Of a stretch of DNA of 64,000 nt, positions 26,101 through 38,200 are shown piece by piece (position 1 is the stretch's first letter; each line of letters starts with the position of its first letter). The stretch comes from Perna viridis (lineage: Eukaryota): positions 24,304,001-24,368,000 of the forward strand of contig CM074522.1 of NCBI GenBank assembly GCA_037379345.1, in the 5' to 3' direction. The translations under genes and the position numbers were made by a program. The notes beneath the pieces are model-generated. The model was not told the origin of the DNA and did no database searches. It saw nothing but the letters and a program-made list of their open reading frames with translations.

Positions 26101-29100
26101 ACAAAACCAATCTACATAATCTTTTCAAAGACTTTTTTTTTATTTGAAATGGCATTATCATTGTTTTATACTTTTAAACCATACAATGCAACCCCGTATA
26201 GATAGAAGAATTAGGATTGATTTTGCATACGATGTGGACATTACTTTTTGTAGATTTAAAGTGGTCTGGAGCAAGCATTTCAGTTAACAGCAAGTAGTCC
26301 TTAGTTTGTGCATTTGTGTAATTTATATTCAGTATCTTTGTTTCCGACCTTTTTGAACTGATTTTTAGGTGTGTTTAATTGTGTAATATGTTTTTTACAG
26401 TGGCCAGATTTTAAAGGTGCAGAGTTGTGATCACGCCAAAGTACTTTAAAAATGTGTGTTTAATTGTGCAATATTTTTCCACATTGGCCAGATTTTAAAG
26501 TAGGAGGGTTGTGATCACGCCAAAGTACTTTAACCCCGCCGCATTTTTTGCGTCTGTCTCAAATCAGGAATTTCTTGCCTCAGCATGTCTTATTTCGTTT
26601 TCACCATTAGTTTATTTTTTTGTTACTCAGTATATAGGGGCAACTCTTTTGTTGTACCTGTGTATAACGATGTTTTGGGACCAGCCACAGCCTGCCCTGT
26701 GGTTTGAGGATTTCATCGTCGTTCATTGAAGACCAATGGGTGCCTTGGGCTGATATTTTAAACCCGGTGCGGTTGTTGTCTCTTTGACATATACACCAAG
26801 GTTATTATCGTGCAATTGTAAATAACAGTGTCATAATTCATATAAAATGAATAAATTTTATCCTTAATATGACATCTTTCAAATCTCAATCCAGAAAAAC
26901 CTAATACACTATTTTAGACACAACTTCCTGAAAAATGTTAAGTAACTCTCTTTGTAAGAATGATGCAAAATCTGAAAAATGTGTTACACTCCAAAAAAGG
27001 CTACATATTTGTATTTTTTAATTAAGTTGTTTTCTGGGTCTATACTATGAAATGTGTAATTATTCATTCAAATCTGCCTGCTCTTAGGAGATAATCGACA
27101 TTGAAAATCCAATAGATTCTATTGTATTTGGGTGTCATTTACAAGTTATCTCAGTTAATTTTGAAATCTACAGTGCATTCTAAATAATTTTTATCCCCTA
27201 AGAACACGGGTTATATGAAAAATTGAACGTTAATTTCTGTTTACTGTGACAATTCAAGCAAAATATCAAAAATAAAAATATGTAGGCTTTTTACCCATGA
27301 ATCACATGTTGCATGATTCTTAGCTGGAATGCTACTTAAATTATTGTGTATTCCTATTTCTGCTGTGAATGTTAAATATTCACTGTTATTTTCCTTTTAA
27401 TAAAGTACGCGAATATATAAAAATTGTTTGAATAGCACATGGTGATCACTAGGTTCCTTAAAATAAAAGCCCTTTTTAATTTGTCAAACCAAATACCTGC
27501 AGTTATTTCATATGTCTTATTGATACATAATAAGGGTGCCATTATTTATTGCTCCATAAAGTAAACTATTTTAGGCCAGAAAATGAAATCGCCGCGATTG
27601 AATCACTCAATTTTTATTGGATCCCTTTCTGAGTCTGCTCTGCTGGGTAGCTCTACTATTGTAAGTACCTGTTAATTCTTACTGCATTATGATCACTACC
27701 AATATGCGTTTTTTTTGGTGTTATTGTCATATTGCTTAAGGTTGAGTTCTTGTGTAGCGTCCTGCTTTTTATATGCATTCTTTGTGTGTTTTTTTGGTAC
27801 ATTACGTGCATTTGTTTGTAGAACGTCTTTCCTTTCTGTTTTCTTCCGGAACAGGGTTATGTTGCTACAAAAGTGAATTTGTCCCTACATTTGTTCAATT
27901 GTCAGTTTACCTTTCCTCTTTTGGCTCAAATCGGCGTGTGTCTATAGAAAAAGCTGAAGACGCTTACCCTACATATGCACCTGGACCATGCTCCCAGTTT
28001 CTAGTAAAGCCTTAGATGCTCATTTAGTTTTGTTTCTCTGTTTTGATTTGGTTATTTCATTTTTTATTGTGTTTGTCTGTTTTCCCTGTCCAGTCTTTGA
28101 TATCTTTGTTGAAGAATATTTTGTAGGCGCTCGTTATATTGAGTATGTCATTCTTTGCACAATGAAATAGATCTTTGTGGACTTAGACAGATGACCAGTC
28201 CACATGAGTCCGGTTCGAGTTTGATTCGGTCAGGGTTTGCTCTACCAAAGAAGTAATTATGTCGTGTACTTAACTTTAATCATCATATTTTCCCGATAGT
28301 AATGATCTAACATGGAGAGATATACAGCATCTGATAGTGATGTCTTCAAGTTGGCAAGGTTTTAAAGACACGTTTGGTAATTGGACAATGAATGGTGCAG
28401 GAAAAAATGGTAAGAATTAAGTAGTAGTATAAAATAAGACAGATTAAGTGGCTTGTAACTGTTACTGAATTAGAAATAAAAGTTGGTTTGGTGGGTTTGT
28501 TATATGCCTGAATCGCCTCCTGTCTAATTTTTATTTAGACTGTTTCTGAAGATGTTGCATTCACACATACAGTGTGTATATTCTACACGACTTGCATAGA
28601 AAATGTACTGATTATATGGCTGTACAAAAATACATACAACAAAAAACAGGGTTCTGTCTCGCTTGTAACAGTAGACAACGATGAAAGAACTAAGCTTTAA
28701 ATTAAGCATTTATTTGACGAATTCTGAAAATTGAAGATAGATCTGTTTGTGTACTGCCCCAGGCGGCAGCAATTTTAACCAAAGTTAGGGGCCAGGCAAG
28801 AAAAACTCAACCTGGTGAATTTATTTTATATTAGTTTTTTCTATATGATAAAAAGTACAAAATACAATGAAATAATTAAAAAGGAGTTCGAGTAACATAA
28901 TCGCTATACACCAATAACTATTAAATTTCAAATGATGAAACGTCAAAAAATGTGGGGAAGATTTGTCCATGTTGAGGGACGATATACCTTTCCTGGGGGA
29001 ACAGGATGTCCATATCGACGGTCCAATTGAGCTGATAAAATAAATTACATGAATATAGCAAATGCTGTTCACTCAGAGGTGTACTCGCGTAAACATGGCG

Positions 29101-32100
29101 AGACACAAGACAGTTTCTGTAGAAAGTACGCAGTGGACTAAAATAGCATTCAGGTGTGTAAACAAGCGATTTGGTAGAAAACAAATAAATCCAGAAGTAG
29201 AATAATGAAACAATTATTTGACAAATTGTGTACTTTGCTACAGGATTCCTAAGTTCAAGAAAGAGTTTAGGCAAACATTGAAGTTGTAATGTACAATGTT
29301 AAAGAGCAAGAATATTTCAGTGACTGGTGGACAGGTCACTTTTTCCCCTCACTTCAGCTTTCCTGGCGCGGTTATCTGACCCATCAATTGCCCTAATTAT
29401 GGCACCAACAGGCAAATTGATCTCACTGATCGGTAGTTCACTTTCTTCTAACTTGCAGTAAAGGGACCAGAATGTCTGTGCAAGTGATTGCACTCGTTTC
29501 CATTGTGAGCGATACAAGTTGATATGACATGCTTCATCAAGTATTTTCTCGACACTGTTTGCGACGTTGATCAAATCTCCTGGTAGAAATGTTCATGTAG
29601 CTTAGGATTTCTTTACAGTCAGTGTCTACAGTCTAGTTGTGTAGTTGCAAATTGTGCTAACTCAACTGCCAGGACTGCTGTATAGAGCTCTTTATTCGCT
29701 ACGTGGTTCTAGGCTTAGGGGCAACTTTGGCCTTTCCAAGGACGCTTGAAGTGAAAGTCACCTCTGATGTCCTTTGTTCGCAAGTAGACAGCAGCTGCAA
29801 TCATTTGTTTTTGACGTATCTGAAAATACCTGCAGCTCCCTTGAAGTACATTTACTGAGTTCTGGTATATATACTGTGAGCGTATTAATTTTTTTTGCGG
29901 TATACTGAAAGACGCGAAAAAAGGTCTTGCGAAATTGTTTTTGGCATTATGTTACACAAATAAAATTTAACCACGAAAATTGATACCTGCGAATATCGTT
30001 ACTTGACTGAATCCGGGAAAATTAGCAACCGTACAAAGTAATACGTTTACATTATTCTGGAAATTCTTAGGTCCTTGAGTGGTTCGAAGGACGCTTTCCA
30101 TTTTTCCAATTATTGACTGTGTCGTCTGGTACAACTTGAACCCAGTAAAGTAGAAGCTTCCTTAATATTATAACCCATCATCTTGGTTAACATTTCATTG
30201 TTCTTGTACCAGAAGAGTATAAGTTAGTTGCAATGAATTTCTCTAACTATTAAGTAGGAAAATATTTGCTGAACATCTGCAATGACAGCTACTATATTTT
30301 TCTTAGGCTTAGAAGGGCCCCAATTAGGTTGTTCGCTAAGTCCGTCCCGATGGTCGTAGGTCTTTTATTGACACTTCTATGCGTGTGACAGAAAAATCTA
30401 ACACGCCCTTTAAATGGTTGGGCTTTATAGAGTGATGGCAAATACTCAGGAATGTGCTATCACATTAGTGCTATATGCAATCAGCAATCATGGGAACCGA
30501 GATCCTAACGGAAACCAAGAGAATGTAATCCAGAGACAAAGACCATACATAGAAGACTGGAATACAACAAACAACACTAAAAGATATATACAAAGTAACA
30601 ATAGTAACAAAAGTAAATGAGCACTCCACCAAAAAGTGGGAGCGAGAACCAGGTGCACCGGTAGGGTAAGCATCCTCTGATTTTCTCGAAACACTAGCTG
30701 AGTTGCTCATATAAAGCGAAGTCCAGGGTAGACAAAAGAGGAAAAGAAAAAAAAAAGTATGACGCGTTGAACAAATCAGTTTTCATGGTGGAGATGGATT
30801 CATCATAACGATCCACGAGTTTAAAATGACAACCATAAAACTTATGTAGTGACGACTTCAATCTTGTAGCAACATAATCCTGTTCTAGAAGTCTCATTGT
30901 AAGAAGTCTAGCACGGCACAAGAAATCTGCGTAGGTATGGCAATATCTACCATTATGTATGAGTTGGGACGAATACTCCATACACAGGTGCTAAAGGAAT
31001 GTTTCCATAGATGAAAGAAAAGCCGTCGTGTTTGTGTATAGTTTGGTCAATACTTATCTTTTACACAGACCTCTAAGTGTAGGGCAAGACATGAGACTGA
31101 CTTTAAAGTATCGGCCACTGCCTATGGGTGCAATTAACATTTGACACGCATTTTAATTTAGCGAAAAACAATTCATTTAAGTTAACGAAACTTAAATTGA
31201 ATCAGTCATTGGTAGTAATAAGTGGTTTAATAACTAAGCATAAACGCACATCTTAACACAAAAAAAGCGGTGCTTTTCTGGTATAATTATTATGTGTGCT
31301 AGTGACCGAAATATATTTCTTTAGTTACATCGATGACACTAATCACTAGTACATGATAAATTCTTTCCGCCGGATATATGGAACATACATAAATATTGGA
31401 TTATGTTCTGTATACACGCCTTGTAATCATTTCGTGATACTTAACCGCTGATTTGTACAAATTTTCTTTGATGCGTACTTGCCGATAATGCAAGGATCAG
31501 TGAACTGACTTGATGTTTACTTGCTGATAATGCAAGGATCGGCGAAAAAAAGATATGGGGGCAAAAAAACTAACGTTTTACAGTGATATTTGAACGACTG
31601 GTTAATTCGTAGTTGTAACCGTTTTGTAAACAAATACCACAAATAATTAAATATCAATACAAAAACAAAATAACTGAGGTCCATGTACATGTGTACATTT
31701 GCTGATGCAACCTAAAATGCCATTATAAATCAATACTATTCTTTTTTAAAGCAACGAGAAGGATTTGTTGCATTCTTCCATGCACATGTTTGAAGAACAA
31801 AAAAATGGGAATGACCGTGATGCTATTGCGTATTTTATGCAGCAGATGTTAATCTTGACTTTTATACTTGTTACTGTAAAGTATTATTATAAAGATAACT
31901 TACAATGATGATTGGCCTGTGTATGCCTTACATCTTCACTTCACATGAATAATTTGAAATTCAAGAAAACTGGCAAAATCGTTAACAAATCATAACTCAC
32001 CATTAAAGACTCTAAATAATCCTTGATAGAAACGCACAAAAAATTCAAGAAATAGTTCTTGTGATATGCCAATCAAACTGACGCATGGGATTAATTTGGA

Positions 32101-32229
32101 CTGGCATGATTATTAGTGGTCATCCGATAAAATAGCCTCGATTTGATTAATATTTTTTGGTAATATTTTGAACATATTGCAGATAACAAAAATACTTTTC
32201 ATTCATAAATCCCAAATTATCATTATGTA

Positions 32230-32267
<38 letters not shown>

Positions 32268-35200
32268 GTCTCAGATTGTGACGACTCTATTCTCTACACT
32301 GCTCCATCGGATCAAATTGATACAGGGAAGATAACGTAAACTTATAGAAGGGTCTGAAAAATTCCCAACGATGTTAGAACTGTCAAATTTGCGAAGCAAT
32401 TTTTTGTCGTTCCCTCCGCGGGACTCGAACTCATACCGCTGTGACATCTATGGCAACTCCGCCTGCACTTAAGTCCAGCCCCCTAGACCACTCGGCCAGC
32501 TAGGCTATATAAAAATATAGCTTTTGCTGGCCGGGTGATTCCTCCTCGTAGGATTAATCTAGGGGTGTAACTTAGTACACGATGTATGGTAGTACGGGAC
32601 AGTTCATTTAGGTGTTCTTATGTAGGATAGAGGATCAAATTAACGATGCATGTCACAACAAATCAATATTATACAACGTCTCAGAATGTGACGACTCTAT
32701 TCGCTACACTGCTCCGTCGGATCAAATTGATACAGGAAAGATATATAAACGTATAGAAAGGTCTGAAAAATTCCCAACGATGTTAGAACTGTCAAATGTT
32801 TTTATATATATATGATCAAACTGATACAGGGAAGATAACGTAAACTTATAGAAGCTATATTTTTATATAGCCTAGCTGGCCGAGTGGACTTAGTGCAGGC
32901 GGTGTTGCCATAGATGTCACAGCGGTACGAGTTCGAGTCCCGCGGAGGGAACGACCAAAAATTTGCATCGCAAATTTGACAATTCTAACATCGTTGGGAA
33001 TTTCTCAGACCCTTCCATATATATATCATTGTGGGTAAAATACTGTATTCATCTCAGTAATATCAGGAGTTGTGTCCATTACCCTCGGTCCGCCTCCTTA
33101 AGTAGCACTCTTTGTAAGAATCATTCAAATTTTGTAATATGTGATACACCCTGCTCTTAGGGGATAATTCACATTATTTATAATTTATATCTCCTTTGGA
33201 CAAACCACATGCTAATTTCTGTTCACTATATCACTTTAAACAAAATATGAAAAATAAAAATATGAATAGGCTTTCCAATAATAAATCAAATTTTGCATGA
33301 TTCTTTCTTTAAACAACCCACATGCTAACTTCTGATTACTATATCAATTAAAAAAAATGTCAAAAATGAAAATATGTAGGCTGTCCAATAATAAATCACA
33401 TTTTGCATGATTTTTAGCTAGATAACTCTTCTTAATTAATCATTTCTTTCAGTGTGCATTCTTCTAATGTAATCATTAAATAGAACGTTGTAAACAATAC
33501 CAATCCAGGGAACCAGGTTATAGCGGTAATTAAAAGAACGCAATCCAGGGACAAAGACCAGACACGGAAAACAGACATACACAACACAGAACATAATGTA
33601 ACTAAAATAATACATACAAAGCAACAAAAAGCAAATGAGCAACTCGGACTCCACTAAAAACTGGGAGCATGGACCAGGTGCACCGGTAGGGTAAGCGTCC
33701 TTTCCTTTCTAGAAACACCCGCCGAGTTGCTCATAAAAAGTCAAGTCTGGGGCACTCTTGTTTCCTTTTGTTAAGAAATTTAAACTGGTTGTAAGACACA
33801 CCCGATTACAATAGATGGGTAAATATTATTGGTCAGTATCAGCTTACTGTCCAGTAATTAAAATGGTAAAATAACTAAGGTACGAGATCACAATTAATTC
33901 CACTTGATTTTTATTGTGTTTTATCCTGATTCTATTTTTTGGTCCTTGCTGCGGAAATGTACGTAGGACCAGAATCGACATTACATTGAATTTTGTTTTA
34001 TTCTGCAATTTTGTACAGGAGTTGTGATTTGGTCATGTGAAAGAATGTGAAAATTTAGGATATTTGGCAGTGGTCACTCCTCATGTCTACGGGGTCTCTT
34101 ATCATTGTTGTTAAAATACAAAATGTTGGTATTTTTATTCTGCAGCACTTGCATGAATTTTGTTTTATGTATGATTTCTATATTAGTGAAGTGTATTGAG
34201 TTTAAAGCAGTGGATTTTATATTAGTTATAATAGGTCTGTTAAAATGCATTACGAAATCAATTGTGGTCCCTACCATACGTAGGTGGCAGAATAACCTAC
34301 TGAGTAGGCTTGCATAAAAATAAAATTGCCGTTTATTCTGTGATGAGACAAGATACACCAATAAAACTTTCAATGTAATTTGAGCATGTTAATACTAATT
34401 GTTGAAATTACGAAATTTCCTTTTAAGAGTCACCCAATCGTTCCACTACAAATTTACATTGCAGTTAGTCAAGTTCTGGGCTTTGGTTTGATTGATGCAC
34501 ATGCAATGGTAAACAGTGGAAAAACATGGTCCACTGTCCCTCCGCAGCAGATGTGTGAACAAACTAAACCGTAAGTACATTTGTTATGTTTTTTTTTTCA
34601 TTTTATTATTAATGTATATGTAAGCAGTTTATTTATAAACACGAAGGGGACATATAAAATCTGTACACTTATCCTAATCCTTTCACCTTTACTAATAGGG
34701 AATGCGCTGAAGATTTTATTTCAGCTAACGGTTCAGACAAATTCAAAAAATTACAAAATACACTGGTTTAAAAATTTTCATTGTCAATTGTGCATAGAAT
34801 TGAAGGTTGAAATATAGCAAAAATTGAAAAATTAACCACGTACGGGTAAAATAGTCGATTTCATGTGGCTTTTTTATGTAGAAAATACATTTAAAATGGT
34901 AATACGGGGTAAAACGAAAAACTAAACTTCTACAATGTGAACAAATCTGTTTTCTTGGTTCAGAAGGCCACACCGAAAGAATCGACGAGGCCATTTTATA
35001 GGCCGTAAAGCAGTGATGAATTTGTTCCAATGTTAGAAAGAAAACATGGAACTAATCTTCTGTGGGCTCCGGTATAACGTTTAAATAGCCATAGATAAAT
35101 CAAAACTAATCTTCTGTGGGCTCCGGTATAATGTTTACATAGCCATAGATAAATCAAAACTAATCTTCTTGTAGCTTCCGGTATAACGTTTACATAGCCA

Positions 35201-38200
35201 CAGATAAATCAAAAATCGACAATTTGAAATGACAAATCACCACAGTTGCAGAATATACCATCTGTAAGATTTACTTCTCCGACAGTTTTTAGTAATAAGC
35301 AAGATACGAACCTTCGGGATTCAAACAGGTCCTATTTATATACCAATTTGTTTTTTTTTGTGTTTTTTTTACTACTCTTGACGAATACATTGTCTGTCAT
35401 TAGTTATGTTAGTCATCCTCTGTGAATTAAGAAAAAAAACAGTGTAGTTCAGATGCAGTTTTACAAAAATAGAAAGAAAAATGCTGAGTACCATGACAGT
35501 TAAACTTGTCTAAACCAAAGCAAACTTGTGAAATATCCTTTGAATCAGACAGGTATTAGATTTTTTGGAATGGTCGTGGTCAACGCAAGAGGGACAAGAG
35601 GTCTTATTCCTAATTGATATTAAAACCGTGTTCTTTTGTTTTTGTTTTGTTTGAAATTTTTGTTTAAAACTATCCTTCATTTTGACATTCTTATACATTT
35701 TCTATTACAGAAATATACAAGAAAACTATTCTACTTTGACAATCGCAGCAATTGGTAATTGTTCGTCAATCGGATACCTTGAACATGTAACTGTAGATGT
35801 CACGTTCTACTATTCTCGTTTCCGAGGTAACACTTTAATTTACCTCATATCTCCGTTTGGAACAAGAAGTAATTTGCTTCATTATAGATATTACGATGCG
35901 GCTGATAACATCTCAGAAGGCACCCATACCTGGAAGTTTATGTCCGTACATTTTTGGTGGGAAAAACCTCATGGAACATGGATTTTGGAGGTCACTCCTG
36001 ATAATCCCTCGTTTTCAAATGGTAAAGTATCTTACTAATCAAGTTACTGTCTCAACGATTTCGCTCCAATAGAACTGTCAGGCATGACTCCCAAAGGAAT
36101 ATATCGTGTCACAAGACAGTCTTTGAAAGATATGATTACCAACGTTAACCCTGTAAACAACTCCGTATTTAAGTAATATTTATCTATAGTCACAATATTT
36201 GCCTCTTTCATTGCGCAGTAAATCTTTCCATTAAACTAACAATCATGATATCACGTAATGGTAAAAGACCCTAGGTATCCGATATGCATATGTACTGCCA
36301 CCACAACATGGATACAAATATGGCTACAAGTCTCCATGTGCAATGCAGGGGAATGACACCAAGTAAACATGCCCTCGTTAAGGTTATAAATTTAAAACAA
36401 ACTTGAATCAATCATGAACAAAAAAACTATTCTCTTAGTTTTGGAATGACATGAGAGACTTAAACATTTATATATTTGGTAACTAGATATCAACCAAACT
36501 GTGGTATCCAGTGTGTATACATTTACCTTAGACCGGCTAGTGCTCCAAAACGAGTGTCAATACAAAACATCAATAATATTTTAAAACTCTCGAATACTAG
36601 TATTTGAATAAAAGACACCACGATATCATAGTATATTTATTAAAATTCGACCGCTTGATACTTTCGTAAGCAGAATGGACAATCACACAGCAGTTTGAAA
36701 AGTTCAGAAAATTCAGACATGAAGTTACTTTCGTAAGCAGAATGGACAATCTCACAGCAGTTTGAAAAGTTCAGAAAATTCAGACATGAAGTCATTCGTG
36801 CATGCCAAAAACCAACAAAGTTAACTTTTTAAAACATCTGATTCAGAAACAGATACAGACCATATATTTTGTGGCATATAACCAGTTTTAGTTTCCCGTC
36901 CAGTTTTTGCACTTTCGAAAGTAAAATTATATATATTATGTATGAAATTGGTACGTTGAGTTTTTTTCTGATTTGGTATGTTTTGGTAGTTTTTAGTGTA
37001 CGGAATGTATGGTGTTTGAGAAATACAGATCAGAATACAGACATGATGTATCAATTCATTGTAATAAAACATACGAGACCGAAAGAAGCAAAATTTGTTT
37101 AGTGGGTTGCCCAACACCATTAATCAAATCTGTCGCGACAAAAAAGTAGAAATAAACTACTCTACAAGGTTAACAAATCATTAAAATTTTCTCAGTGATA
37201 AATAAATACTTCAGATTCTCTTTCATCTCAGACATAATGATGTGTTTGTTCAGTTGTATAGACAAGCAGAAATGTCAGTGCCTGGAATCGACAAAACTTT
37301 ACTTTTCGCAGTCGACACTATTGACTCAATGTGGTTATAGTTTGGAGATATGCATAAGAGCAGATTTATTTTTCACATTTTTTTCAAAGTCCTTTCGATT
37401 AAACGCGGATTTGAAACCAAATCATGTATTAACAACTCTGCGAATATTTCCAGAAAAGCATAGTACGCTTACCGTATTGATTTACATATACTTGTTGTCT
37501 ACTCCAAATATGGCTTGTTCATTTATTTGTAAGTTTCTTTGTGTATATTTTTGTATATTTGTGTAATGTATCGTCAATACCCTGTTTGCCGTTCAATTAA
37601 TAATAATGTTATTTTGTATAACGTGCTTTTAAATAATGGGTTACAATTAAACTAGCGAAATAACAAAATCAAGACTTGAATTACAGTTCATTATTTGTGG
37701 TATATTTCAATAAAAATCACGGACAGCAAAAAAAAAAAAAAACCTGTAATTTACGTCGATATGGTTCAGCAGCTTGAAGTTCAACTAATCTAAATCCGAT
37801 TCATAAGTTGCTTCATTGTTAATGAAATGTAAACTGTCCTCAAAATGTTATTACACAGCGTAGGTCGAACATTGAAAATATTCCTAAATTTACCCAAAAG
37901 ACAGATTGAAACTAGGGTTTAAGACAATTATCGCAAAAAGCGTTTTTATTGATTGTTACGCATGGTCTAACTTTATTTGAAAAAATCTGACAATCCACGC
38001 CACGTGACTATGTGTATTCATGGAACCCGTACTCGAACTCAAATTGTTGAGGAGTGACGACTGCAGTCTTGTAAACGAAAACCATTGATGCATAAAACGG
38101 TAAAAATATTATACTTAACTATTTCTCAACTATAAAGAAATAGTGATTCAAAATAGTAAATTCTGACGTTCTAAGCAGGTTAGTAATGCAATTGGAAGTT

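Noticed and set aside
26720-26760. SECIS element in a repeat 3' region
   Set aside because: UUGA rather than AUGA, helix too short and no apical AA.
35050-35214. CRISPR-like array (also considered for 36659-36792 and 44340-44670)
   Set aside because: Head-to-tail tandem repeats without unique spacers, eukaryotic intron context, no cas genes.
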